Below, piece after piece: positions 46,539 through 56,451 of a stretch of DNA of 64,000 nt. The stretch is from IMG/VR virus record IMGVR_UViG_3300042544_001941, one strand, 5' to 3'. This stretch comes from a virus. Numbering within the stretch: position 1 is the first letter of the stretch; each line of letters starts with the position of its first letter. Both the position numbers and the translations under genes were made by a program. Below the pieces are notes generated by a model. It did no database searches, was not told the DNA's origin, and saw nothing but the letters and a program-made list of their open reading frames with translations.

Positions 46539-48188
46539 ATGAAAAAATTATTAATTATCGGTGTGTTTTTATTATCCACCATTTCAACATTTGCTCAACT
46601 AACAGTCAATCAAACTATAACCCCAACAACGGGATTAAAGGTTGGTGACACATTAACGGTTAAGTACACTGTAACTAGAGGGACAACGACACCAAGATAT
46701 TTTTGGTTGAGGTATTCTTTTAACAATAAAGCGTTAGCTATGGTATCAAACAGTACTGTGTTCTCACAAGGTAGTTCAACTCAAACGTTTTTTACCGGTT
46801 GGAATAACTATAAGTTTACACCGGCACCGAATGTTGCTGATACACAATTATATGCACAATACACCACAACTCCTTGGGGATATGCCGCAAATAACGATTG
46901 GAATGTTGGTCAAATCACAGTTCAGAGAACTGATGCTGCAATCAACGGGGATATTGCAACTCAAAAATTTGTATTGAAGGACCAAAACACATATAATGAT
47001 ATTCATAAATTAGATTTATCATATGCAATTAATGACGCATCTACTAATATATCACCAATTACAAGAAGCTCAACAAATATTTCATTAAGTGGTGTTGTTG
47101 GGAATACTTCACAATTTAAAGTGAAAGTTTTATTCCCACAAGGATATGCAATTACTGACCATAATGTTCAATTAATGAAATTAAAAACAGATGGTAGTGG
47201 TACTATTGATTGGTCACAACAACCAATTGCTCAATTACCTTTAGATGCAACGGGTGAGGCATTATTTACAACACAAGTTAAAGTTGGTGATAGTTTAGGT
47301 GTGTTTGTTAGTCCTGCATCACAAAAGGCTTGGATGAATAATGTTATTACAGTTTCAGACGCATACAAAGCGTTTTTAGGACATTCACAAACAGATATAT
47401 CAGGAACTGCGAACTTCTTTACTTATCCAAATTTAGAGAAGAAGGTTGGTAACATCACTAAAAATGATAGTGTATTTAATGAATCAGATTCATATTACTC
47501 ATTTGCTTATGTTATGGGTCAAGACGTTTCAACAAATGCGTTCATTCCAACACAAGCGGCAACTTCTTGGAGATGGCATAGTGGTTTATTAAATCAAAAT
47601 TGGTTAGACGGTAATATCAAAAATAAAGTTACAATTGATACTCCCGTTAAAGAAGTATTTGCAGTTTACGCGTGGGGTGGTGACTTAAACTGGTCACATT
47701 CATCAGACCCTGCGGTAATTGCTAGTAGAATAAGTGCTGGACAATATACAAACTCAGTGAATTCAATTAATACTAAGACATCGATGTCAACACAATCAAT
47801 GTCATATAAAGCTGAGTCCGTTGAGACCGCTAAGTTAAGTGTAACATCAACATTAGAAAATGGTAAGGTTGTATTAACTACAAACTTAACAAAAGAAGGA
47901 TTGGCAGGATTGGAAGTTATTATGAATTATGACGAATCGAAATTAACATTGGATAATGTAATATTTGATGCAGGTTCTACAATAACAAACTTTTCAACAC
48001 ACAAAGACGGTAGATTAACTTTTGGTTCAATTGACCAATTGAAAACTGCAAGAATTAAGACAGGAACTCCGTATAAGTTGATATTCACACCAAAAACAAC
48101 TTTAACAAATACCGCCGGTTTATTCTACTTTGTTTTATCTGATGCTGTTGATGCGAAAGGAAATAAAGTTGATTTAATCGTCGAGTAA
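46539..48188 (+). CDS. Secreted protein with cohesin-like and dockerin-like modules
   Basis: Signal peptide; KVGDTLTV (cohesin-like start); ITVSDA, FNESDSY and GGDLNWSHS; C-terminal LAGLEVIMNYDESKL...DAVDAKG. Confidence 0.55.
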   Translation: MKKLLIIGVFLLSTISTFAQLTVNQTITPTTGLKVGDTLTVKYTVTRGTTTPRYFWLRYSFNNKALAMVSNSTVFSQGSSTQTFFTGWNNYKFTPAPNVADTQLYAQYTTTPWGYAANNDWNVGQITVQRTDAAINGDIATQKFVLKDQNTYNDIHKLDLSYAINDASTNISPITRSSTNISLSGVVGNTSQFKVKVLFPQGYAITDHNVQLMKLKTDGSGTIDWSQQPIAQLPLDATGEALFTTQVKVGDSLGVFVSPASQKAWMNNVITVSDAYKAFLGHSQTDISGTANFFTYPNLEKKVGNITKNDSVFNESDSYYSFAYVMGQDVSTNAFIPTQAATSWRWHSGLLNQNWLDGNIKNKVTIDTPVKEVFAVYAWGGDLNWSHSSDPAVIASRISAGQYTNSVNSINTKTSMSTQSMSYKAESVETAKLSVTSTLENGKVVLTTNLTKEGLAGLEVIMNYDESKLTLDNVIFDAGSTITNFSTHKDGRLTFGSIDQLKTARIKTGTPYKLIFTPKTTLTNTAGLFYFVLSDAVDAKGNKVDLIVE

Positions 48189-48189
48189 T

Positions 48190-50487
48190 ATGAAGAAACT
48201 ATTAGTAATATGTTTTTTACTAATTTCATTTTTAGGGTTCGGACAGAGCGTATCTGCTCCGGACTCTAAATCATTTATACCATCCACAACTGGACAAGAC
48301 GCAAGTGGATTTGTATTAAATGGTTTTAGTTCTACCTCAACACTTTTAGCATCGATTAGTTTAGTAAATCCACCATCAGGTACAACATTTACATTAAACA
48401 CCACAACAGGTTTAACTGCTGCAAGTGGATTTACATTATCGGGTAATAAGACTCGTTTGGTAGTAACGGGAACGATGGCAAGTATCAATACCGCATTAGC
48501 ATCCCTAAAAGTAAACACAGGTTCGGTAAGAGGTAATGTTTTATTATCAGTAGCGGCAACCGTCAATCCGACGGGATATTTTTATAACGGAACAAATGGA
48601 CACTTTTATAGACCAATATCAACCGGAGCGACTTATACAAATGCTAGAACACTATCATCACAACAAACATTCAAAGGTCAACAAGGATACTTAGTAACAA
48701 TTACTTCCGCAGATGAAGATGCATTTATTTTTAATAATGTACCTCAATCAAATATATGGTTTGCATTAACCGATGAAGCAAGTGAAGCAAGATGGACAAT
48801 TGATGCTGGACCTGAAGCGGGAACTCTAATTAAAATAAATAACGGACAACTAAACGGAAATATTCCTGGTCAATACAATAACTGGGCACCAGGTGAACCA
48901 AACAATAGTGGTAACGAAGATTATGCAGTAACAAAATGGAATGGTTCTCAATGGAACGATTTACCAAACCATTTTTCAAATCCGTATGTGGTTGAATTTG
49001 GAACTTGGACTAATCCTGATGATGCAACATTTACAGAGTTTTATACAAATTCGGTGACCCACTCAAACGGAGAAGTCCTAACCGCAAGATTTAATTTTGA
49101 TTTTGGTGGTAATGTGGATGAAACTAAATTCACCGCCAAAGCAAATACTTTTGTAAATAATGTATGGGGTACAACAACTAACACATCGAGAGCAATAAGT
49201 GGATTAGGTAAGGTTGATATTACAAATGATTTAGATACTGCAAAAATAAGTAATGGTGGTGTTAGAGCAACAACAACCACAGGACAAGTAGAATGGTGTG
49301 TGATATATGATTATGATGTAACCAATCAAAGATATAGAATTGGAATAGATAGTAGAGAAGTAAATGGAATAGTTACAAACCCATCTACAATTAGTAGTTT
49401 ACAATTATTTGATTTATGGAACGGTCCAGTAACATTTAATTCTTATAATGCAAATGGTTGGACTGAGGTTTATGTTTATACCTCAACACAATTTAATTTC
49501 TCAGGTTCGTCTTTCGCATCATCTATAAGGGCAGGAAATGGATTTTACGGATTAAAAGCTGAATTTACATTCACACCAACAACTTCGTATAAACAACACG
49601 GTATCGATTTATCATATACCAATCAAACCGAATTAAACACTTTATATAATAGTGTTGTAACGGTATCGGATGTGTTTATAGCATTTAAAGAATTATCAAA
49701 TGGTGGGATATTTGGAGACCAAAGTGGATTAGAATTTACATCGGGTATTCAATTTATGAACGCAGATGTAGATGGTAATGGTATTTTTAATGAAGCGGAT
49801 ACTTACAAATTATTACAACATTTAACAGGGGTTGCGCCGCTAACACAATATTCTACTTTAACTTATTTGATGAAATTATATGGTAAAACTGAATATGATG
49901 CAATAACTAAATCCAATTGGAGTAGTCAATTTAACTCAACAAGAAGTTTGTACCCATTTAATTTGAATAGTGGTACGTTGAATAACACTTACAACGTAAA
50001 TGTAACTTGGGTCGGTGATGTGAATCTATCACATTCGGCTCGACAAACAACAAGTGGTGTTGCAAGTAATTCAATTAGAACTATGAGTTTATTAACTATG
50101 AGTTCATCAGTTCCTAATCAAATCGATGCAACTCTTATGGGTGAAAACATCGGTGGTAAAGTTGTGATAACAATTTCGGTAGACCCTTTACAACAAGAAT
50201 TAGTAGGAACTCAATTCCAAGTAAATTATGATAATACCTCATTAGAATTTCAAAAGGTAGATTTTACAACAAAGGGTAATCCTACAAATTTTGGAACAGA
50301 CAGAGGTACGTATGTCACATTAGGTTCGTTAATTACAGATGGTTCAAATACATTGGATAAAACAACTGAATACAAAATAACATTCATACCAAAAGTCGGC
50401 ATTCAAGGAATATTGGGATTAACATCAATATCAACAACAGATGCAGTTAATAAAGACGGAAAACAATTAAAGGTGAAATTAAACTAA
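48190..50487 (+). CDS. Secreted C-type-lectin protein with dockerin-like and cohesin-like modules
   Basis: Signal peptide; NGHFY, GYLVTITSADE, YNNWAPGEPNN and WNDL (C-type lectin); ADVDGNGIFNEAD; LVGTQFQVNYD...DAVNKDG. Confidence 0.7.
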   Translation: MKKLLVICFLLISFLGFGQSVSAPDSKSFIPSTTGQDASGFVLNGFSSTSTLLASISLVNPPSGTTFTLNTTTGLTAASGFTLSGNKTRLVVTGTMASINTALASLKVNTGSVRGNVLLSVAATVNPTGYFYNGTNGHFYRPISTGATYTNARTLSSQQTFKGQQGYLVTITSADEDAFIFNNVPQSNIWFALTDEASEARWTIDAGPEAGTLIKINNGQLNGNIPGQYNNWAPGEPNNSGNEDYAVTKWNGSQWNDLPNHFSNPYVVEFGTWTNPDDATFTEFYTNSVTHSNGEVLTARFNFDFGGNVDETKFTAKANTFVNNVWGTTTNTSRAISGLGKVDITNDLDTAKISNGGVRATTTTGQVEWCVIYDYDVTNQRYRIGIDSREVNGIVTNPSTISSLQLFDLWNGPVTFNSYNANGWTEVYVYTSTQFNFSGSSFASSIRAGNGFYGLKAEFTFTPTTSYKQHGIDLSYTNQTELNTLYNSVVTVSDVFIAFKELSNGGIFGDQSGLEFTSGIQFMNADVDGNGIFNEADTYKLLQHLTGVAPLTQYSTLTYLMKLYGKTEYDAITKSNWSSQFNSTRSLYPFNLNSGTLNNTYNVNVTWVGDVNLSHSARQTTSGVASNSIRTMSLLTMSSSVPNQIDATLMGENIGGKVVITISVDPLQQELVGTQFQVNYDNTSLEFQKVDFTTKGNPTNFGTDRGTYVTLGSLITDGSNTLDKTTEYKITFIPKVGIQGILGLTSISTTDAVNKDGKQLKVKLN

Positions 50488-51380
50488 TGAAAAAGTTATT
50501 ATTAATTCTGTCACTAATTTTGACAACATTTGTTACAAACGCACAAATACAAAAACCCGATACATTACAACTATCACCAAAAGAACTATTTGGAGAAAGT
50601 GATGATTGGAACGATGTGGGTATATTACAATCATATGTTAATTTTTCAAAAGATGTACTTTCATCATCAAATCTTTCAATTGGTGTAATTGGTAGACAAG
50701 TATCAACTACTCTTAATTTAGGGTATCATAAATCATCTATGAATGGGCAGTGGGGACATTCATTCGCAGCATCAATAAATCCTATATGGAAGTATTATGG
50801 TGTGGGTTATGGTTTAAGTAGAAATACCGAAAAGAGAACAACTACAATACAATCATTTTATTCAACCGATTTTGATTTCCAAAAAGATATTACACTATCA
50901 TTTATAGATGTATTCAGAACTAAAAAGTGGGGAACATTTGGATATAGTTTAACAGCATCAAAATCATTTTGGGGAACTTATCAAGGTGAGTGGGAAGGAA
51001 AATATACAGTAGATGAAAATGGTGATTTTAAAGATTTAATATATCCACAAATGCCAGCATCATCTGAACTTACTTATAGAGGTATGGCGATGTACACTTA
51101 TACATTTAAAACTAAAAGAGTAAATATTTCACCTCAGTTATTTGCAATGAGTGATGTATATAAAGTATTCAAAGATGGAACTGAATCGGATTTATCATAT
51201 GTAGATGATTTCAATTTGGACTTATATTATGGTACATCTATTGATTGGAAAATAACTAAAAGATTTGTGTTAAATACTAATATTAGATATAACACAACTT
51301 GGGATAAATTAAGTGAATCAGTTGGATATAAAAAGAGTAACCCAATCCTATTTATGATAGGAACAAACTTTCAATTCTAA
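50487..51380 (+). CDS. Putative outer-membrane beta-barrel protein
   Basis: Signal peptide; alternating aromatic/polar strands; ends IGTNFQF. Confidence 0.6.
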   Translation: MKKLLLILSLILTTFVTNAQIQKPDTLQLSPKELFGESDDWNDVGILQSYVNFSKDVLSSSNLSIGVIGRQVSTTLNLGYHKSSMNGQWGHSFAASINPIWKYYGVGYGLSRNTEKRTTTIQSFYSTDFDFQKDITLSFIDVFRTKKWGTFGYSLTASKSFWGTYQGEWEGKYTVDENGDFKDLIYPQMPASSELTYRGMAMYTYTFKTKRVNISPQLFAMSDVYKVFKDGTESDLSYVDDFNLDLYYGTSIDWKITKRFVLNTNIRYNTTWDKLSESVGYKKSNPILFMIGTNFQF

Positions 51381-51637
51381 TGAAAAAAGTATTATTACTC
51401 ACATCGTTAGTTTTAACTTTTTCATCTTGTGTTAGATATAAGATTAAAATGGTGGAATATGATGGTACAGGTTATTCATTATATCTACCGATGAAAAAAT
51501 ATGGAATGGGTAAATGGTATGACGATAATGTAATATACTATTCGGAAGAAATGGCTAGATTTAAAATTGAAAAATGGAAAAGTAATGAGTATTATTTAAA
51601 TCCTTTTAAAACTTCAAAATATATTAAAATACAATAA
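51380..51637 (+). CDS. Small lipoprotein
   Basis: Lipobox FSSC. Confidence 0.6.
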   Translation: MKKVLLLTSLVLTFSSCVRYKIKMVEYDGTGYSLYLPMKKYGMGKWYDDNVIYYSEEMARFKIEKWKSNEYYLNPFKTSKYIKIQ

Positions 51638-51979
51638 ATGAAAAAATTATTATATATATCATTGATTTTAATGGTTGGGTGTACAAAAATGGAAATAGAA
51701 CCCACTCCACCTCCTGTTGAGAAGATATTTACAGTGGGTGAGAGTACTGTTATTAATGGACAATCCATATATTTTGACCTACCGTCCTCAGGAATATATA
51801 CCCTAACGTTTGTTGACGTTCAGACAGGACAAGTTATTAGTCGGGAAAAATTTACAGGCCAATCCGGCGAAAATGTGAAGAAAATATATACCAAATCCAT
51901 AATGTCGAAGTATTTATATTTGATACTTGCTTCGGAAGACAAAACCCAAATAAGTAAGACAAAACTAACACTAAACTAA
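51638..51979 (+). CDS. Lipoprotein with Ig / T9SS-CTD-like beta domain
   Basis: Lipobox MVGC; YTLTFVDVQTGQVI...GEN...IYT. Confidence 0.6.
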   Translation: MKKLLYISLILMVGCTKMEIEPTPPPVEKIFTVGESTVINGQSIYFDLPSSGIYTLTFVDVQTGQVISREKFTGQSGENVKKIYTKSIMSKYLYLILASEDKTQISKTKLTLN

Positions 51980-51980
51980 A

Positions 51981-52358
51981 ATGAAAAAACTAATCTTAAC
52001 GGTATTTGTACTATTTGCCCTTACGGGGTGTTATAAAGATGATTTACTTCTTCCTGATATTAAACAGGATTTAAAACCTGAATTACAAATTGCCAATAGC
52101 GTTGGTATTAAGTTAGAATCGGCTTTTGTAACCAAAGAAGTATCAATGAATGTAAAACTTGAGAAATCAGGTACAGTAACTTTAAAAATATTCGATATTG
52201 GAAATAAAGTAGTTTCAAAAGAAACTATAAATGTGAAAGAGGGTGATAATGTGTTAAAAATATACACATCAGCATTACCTTCTTCAGCATATAGAATTGG
52301 GTTATTTGATAACTCGGGGACTATGTTGGGTATCACAGATTTTAATAAAATAAACTAA
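51981..52358 (+). CDS. Lipoprotein with Ig / T9SS-CTD-like beta domain
   Basis: Lipobox LTGC; VTLKIFDIGNKVV...GDN...IYTSALPSSAY. Confidence 0.65.
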   Translation: MKKLILTVFVLFALTGCYKDDLLLPDIKQDLKPELQIANSVGIKLESAFVTKEVSMNVKLEKSGTVTLKIFDIGNKVVSKETINVKEGDNVLKIYTSALPSSAYRIGLFDNSGTMLGITDFNKIN

Positions 52359-52378
52359 AAAATTAAAAAATAAAAATT

Positions 52379-53098
52379 ATGGCAGACAGAAACGGAGACG
52401 GAGTTGTTTATCATCGCTCGGATTGTGGTGATAACTATGTAAGATGGTATGGATTCGGAGGAGATGGACCTTGTTCGGCGTGTGATACGTGGGGATTAAC
52501 CAATAAAGCAATAAGATACATTCACGACCATCCTGAAATAAATCATAGAGTTGAAGATGTGGTAGGTAGAGAATGGGAAGAAGAAGTTATGCCGGTACTT
52601 ATTAATGTTGGAAATCAAATAGAATCTGGTGTTAAAGAGGGATATGAAGTGGTAAAAGATGGTGCTGTGATGGCATATAACTGGGCGGACGAAAACGCTT
52701 GTAATATAGCAATAACCGCAGTAATCTCTGCCGGTGTTGTTGCGGCATTTACACCAGCACAACCTGCTGGAGCGGCAACTTCAACTACGTTATCGTTGAT
52801 GGCTACGCCTGTTCTTTACGTTGCAGATGTGGCAGCTAAAATGGCAGTATCAACGGCAATGGGTGTAATAGTGGCAGATGGATTTTTATCAATACCTGGT
52901 GTTGGTGAAAACATTGACTCAGAATTATTAAGAAATGTATGTTCAAATTGTATCTATCATAGTTTAGATTCGGCGGCATTATGGGCTACCCCTGCTGGAG
53001 TTGGTATTGCAATCGGAACTGCAGTAGCACCTATTATTGCGGATTTGATATGTACTAGAACTTGTCCTAATGGATTCAGTAAAGCATTAGGTGCATAA
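52379..53098 (+). CDS. Cys-containing protein with hydrophobic Ala/Gly-rich C-terminal half
   Basis: DRNGDG start; several Cys; two to three hydrophobic segments. Confidence 0.6.
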   Translation: MADRNGDGVVYHRSDCGDNYVRWYGFGGDGPCSACDTWGLTNKAIRYIHDHPEINHRVEDVVGREWEEEVMPVLINVGNQIESGVKEGYEVVKDGAVMAYNWADENACNIAITAVISAGVVAAFTPAQPAGAATSTTLSLMATPVLYVADVAAKMAVSTAMGVIVADGFLSIPGVGENIDSELLRNVCSNCIYHSLDSAALWATPAGVGIAIGTAVAPIIADLICTRTCPNGFSKALGA

Positions 53099-53137
53099 TG
53101 TTAATAAAATAAAATAAAAAATTAAAAAACAAATACA

Positions 53138-53458
53138 ATGTCAGAAGAAGTAGAACAAAACAACGATGGTACTTGGTCAGGTCTTAAAAAGACCATTATT
53201 GGTGTTGCAACAACTGCGGTAATGGGTCTAGGGACTTGGGGAGTAACACAAATAACAGGTGGTGGAGATGAACCCGCACCTGTACAACAAGCTGCACCTG
53301 TAATTAATATTACAAACTCAAACCAACAAGCTCAACAGGCTTCAGGTGGTGGAGGTAAAACTGTTATTATTAAAGAAAAAGAAACCGTTAAAGAACCTGC
53401 AAAACCGGTTAAGAAAAAAGAAGGTGATGAATTTAAAGAGGAAGCACCAAAATGGTAA
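53138..53458 (+). CDS. Single-TM protein
   Basis: LKKTIIGVATTAVMGLG; APVINITN. Confidence 0.65.
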   Translation: MSEEVEQNNDGTWSGLKKTIIGVATTAVMGLGTWGVTQITGGGDEPAPVQQAAPVINITNSNQQAQQASGGGGKTVIIKEKETVKEPAKPVKKKEGDEFKEEAPKW

Positions 53459-53464
53459 TTTAAT

Positions 53465-54070
53465 ATGAAAGAAGAACAATCAGGTGGATTTAAAGAATTA
53501 TTGAGTAATATGATGAAACGTAGGTGGTTTATCACCGCTATCGTTTTAGGTGGGTTTATGATAATCATTATGGGGATATTTGGGGCCATTCTAAATAAAT
53601 CCGCAATAGAAGGTGAGTGGAAAGAACTTTTACTTTTATTATTGGGAGCCTTCATTGGTTCTTATGGTAAAATCATTGACTATTGGTTTAGTGATACTGA
53701 TAAGGATAAGATGTTGGTTCAAAAAATGGACGAGGAAGATGGTACATCATTAAGTAATACTGCCGATATGCCAAACAATCCAATTGTACCAATGTCAACT
53801 GCACCATTAGTATTATCAGAATCAACCTCACAAGAAACAGTACAAGTGGTTGAAGCACCAAAAGAAGAAAAGAAAGGTGTTGAAATCGATGAAGATGGTG
53901 ATGGTGTAATGGATGGTTTAGATTTCGATGGCGATGGTAAAATTGACGAATACTTCGCACACAGACAATGTGAACACGTTTGGGGTGACTTAGACGGAGA
54001 CGGAACTGAGGAGTGTTTAAAATGTGGAAAAATTAGAGATGACTACGCTGAAATGACAATGGAAGGATAA
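53465..54070 (+). CDS. Two-TM protein with DxDGDG Ca-binding repeats and a CxH/CxxC motif
   Basis: DEDGDG, DFDGDG and DLDGDG; CEHVW...CLKCG. Confidence 0.7.
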   Translation: MKEEQSGGFKELLSNMMKRRWFITAIVLGGFMIIIMGIFGAILNKSAIEGEWKELLLLLLGAFIGSYGKIIDYWFSDTDKDKMLVQKMDEEDGTSLSNTADMPNNPIVPMSTAPLVLSESTSQETVQVVEAPKEEKKGVEIDEDGDGVMDGLDFDGDGKIDEYFAHRQCEHVWGDLDGDGTEECLKCGKIRDDYAEMTMEG

Positions 54071-54105
54071 AATAAATAATAAACAAAAGACAAAAAAACA
54101 AAACT

Positions 54106-54381
54106 ATGGGATTTCTTAAAGAACTTTTTAAAGACAACAATGACATCAACGAAAAATCAGTAGTTGGATTCTTATCATTCATAATGATGGTAATTGCATT
54201 AATCGTCGACTTGGTAACAGGTTGGATGGGTAAGGAATTATTAATCAATGAATATATTTTCAACGGATTTTTAGTAATTACTTTAGGTGCATTTGGTATT
54301 GCATCGGTTGACAAATATATCAATAGAAAAGCTGAACACGACAAAAATAAATTAGATTCTGAAACAGAATCTGAAGGATAA
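54106..54381 (+). CDS. Small two-TM (holin-like) protein
   Basis: INEKSVVGFLSF...LGAFGIASVDK. Confidence 0.6.
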   Translation: MGFLKELFKDNNDINEKSVVGFLSFIMMVIALIVDLVTGWMGKELLINEYIFNGFLVITLGAFGIASVDKYINRKAEHDKNKLDSETESEG

Positions 54382-54408
54382 TAGGGCATTGACAAAAAAA
54401 CTAAATTT

Positions 54409-54633
54409 ATGACAACAATTTTAAAAAAAATTGAGGAGAAAATAGTGCAAGGTTTCTTAGCACTTGGCCTCATCTGGGTTACATTAGCATTAACAGTACA
54501 AGTATTCTTTATTTACTTACAATTTTCAGGACAAGAAGAAAGAGCAGGTGAAATATCAAGAAAAGTAAGTTGGAAAATTGATGGTAATTTTAAAAACAAC
54601 CCTGATAACATATGGTATGAAGGACCAAAATAA
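54409..54633 (+). CDS. Single-TM protein
   Basis: One hydrophobic helix. Confidence 0.55.
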   Translation: MTTILKKIEEKIVQGFLALGLIWVTLALTVQVFFIYLQFSGQEERAGEISRKVSWKIDGNFKNNPDNIWYEGPK

Positions 54634-54636
54634 AAA

Positions 54637-55359
54637 ATGATGAAAAAAATATTTTTACTTTTAGGTATTATACTTGTTAGTATAACCTCATTTGGACAAA
54701 CAGTTGGTAAAACTCAAACGGAGCAATATAAAGCATCTTTTGAGACTGCAATAGACATTTCACAATTCTTGGATTATGATGGAAAACAAATCCCAATTCA
54801 AATCCTAAAGGCCGGTATCTCTGACGAGATGTATGAGATGTATCCTGAGTTAAAGGAGAAAAGAGTTGGGTTAGGTGTTGCAAACATCACTATGGAATAT
54901 TTGGAAAATCTTAATCGTTTCAAATTTACTGAAGACAAGACGGAGATAAAAAACAGAATGGTAAAACAATTCCAAGCATCTCAAGCTGGTATTTCTGAAA
55001 ACAAATTGGATGGTAGGGGTAAAATTAATTTGGCCGAATATTTTGTAACCGTTGAATGTTATGATTATTCGGTATCAGAAGATGAAACAGTTAACTTAAA
55101 AGATGGGGTAAAAAATTTAATGGTTACTCGTATCGGTCTGCAAGTTCGTTTTACAAACGCAGAAACCGGTGTAGTTTTTGGAGCATCAGGATTAGGTGAG
55201 GCTAAAACAACAAGAGAATTAACTCTTTTATCAGATGCAACAGTTGACCCTGTAAAATTCAACCAATCCACAATATCAATATCAACCAAAAAAGCATTAG
55301 ATATCGCTTGTGCTAGAATTTTAGATAGAATGATTAAAAAGGGTATTTTTGAGAAGTAA
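54637..55359 (+). CDS. CsgG/HfaB-like exported protein
   Basis: Signal peptide; GLGVANI...LENLNRFKFTE; AEYFV; IGLQVRFTNAETGVV. This matches the CsgG-family pattern RFxxxE ... xxRxxxxxTGxx. Confidence 0.65.
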   Translation: MMKKIFLLLGIILVSITSFGQTVGKTQTEQYKASFETAIDISQFLDYDGKQIPIQILKAGISDEMYEMYPELKEKRVGLGVANITMEYLENLNRFKFTEDKTEIKNRMVKQFQASQAGISENKLDGRGKINLAEYFVTVECYDYSVSEDETVNLKDGVKNLMVTRIGLQVRFTNAETGVVFGASGLGEAKTTRELTLLSDATVDPVKFNQSTISISTKKALDIACARILDRMIKKGIFEK

Positions 55360-55423
55360 CTTAAAAAAACATATATTTTAAAATGAAGGGGTTTAAACAC
55401 CCCTTTTTTTATATTTATAAGAT

Positions 55424-55603
55424 ATGAAAAAGTTTTATAGAGTTAGGGACAATAAAGTGTTTTTTGGGGTTTGTGAGGGATTAGGTCATCATACTAACGT
55501 TGACCCGTTAATTTGGAGACTTTTATTCTTCTTTTTAATTTTTACCCCTGCACCAATAATAACAGGTTATTTATTAACCGCAATTTTAACTAAAAGCATA
55601 TGA
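55424..55603 (+). CDS. pspC: PspC-domain protein (59 aa, not in the ORF track)
   Basis: MKKFYRVRDNKVFFGVCEGLGHHTNVDPLIWRLLF; ATGA overlap with the next gene; TATTTAT at 55412. Confidence 0.8.
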   Translation: MKKFYRVRDNKVFFGVCEGLGHHTNVDPLIWRLLFFFLIFTPAPIITGYLLTAILTKSI

Positions 55604-56448
55604 GAAAAAATTCATTAATCACAGGTTTAGTAATTTTATTACTATCTATGACAACATCGTCATTTTCACAAGTTAGTAATTGGAGAAGTAATCCACCTAC
55701 ACCTCAAAGGTCTACACCATCAATACAACCATCCGCTCCACAAAGAAACGATGTTAGTAATTGGAGGAGTCAACCACCATCAAGAGGGTATGATAGACCT
55801 ATAAGAACAAGACCCGGTTCAAACATAATCGTTAGAGACCCGTGGTTTGGTGGATTAGGGTGGGGATGGAATAGATGGGATATGTGGGGAGCACCTGCAT
55901 TTGGTTGGAACTTTTGGCAACCGTCTTGGTATTGGAATGATTGGGGATATAGACAACCACAAAGAATTTATATTTACGAAGATGGTAAGAGAGATACAAT
56001 TAGAGGTAAAAAGCCGGTAATTAGTTTTGGTATTCAAAGAACAACCGATAAACAATTGGGCGGATTCTTTACCATCGGTAATAAGGGATATTTTATAATG
56101 GAATATAATTCAAGCGTAGAGAGAGATAATTCAACATTCTTTCCATTTGGTAATATAACCCAAGTAGACTTTCCAATGGTCAGTGATTTAGTTCAAAGAA
56201 ATAGTTTCTATATCGGAGCCGGTAAAAGAATAAAGAGAACCGGTGTTCACTTTATGATTGGTACTGTTTCCGAAGATGTAAAATGGAGAGGTAGAGATGA
56301 TTTGGGATATATTACTTTTCCAAAGTATTTGGATAGATTCACCACTATAAAAGTGGGTGCATTACACGATTTCAAAAACTTAACAATAAAGTTTGATTAC
56401 GACCCTGTAATCAATAATAAAACCTTTGGATTAGGTGTAAATTTTTAA
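55600..56448 (+). CDS. Putative beta-barrel protein with Pro/Arg- and Trp/Gly-rich N-terminal region
   Basis: Signal peptide; VSNWRS twice; WG-rich tract; ends FGLGVNF. Confidence 0.6.
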   Translation: MRKNSLITGLVILLLSMTTSSFSQVSNWRSNPPTPQRSTPSIQPSAPQRNDVSNWRSQPPSRGYDRPIRTRPGSNIIVRDPWFGGLGWGWNRWDMWGAPAFGWNFWQPSWYWNDWGYRQPQRIYIYEDGKRDTIRGKKPVISFGIQRTTDKQLGGFFTIGNKGYFIMEYNSSVERDNSTFFPFGNITQVDFPMVSDLVQRNSFYIGAGKRIKRTGVHFMIGTVSEDVKWRGRDDLGYITFPKYLDRFTTIKVGALHDFKNLTIKFDYDPVINNKTFGLGVNF

Positions 56449-56451
56449 AAT

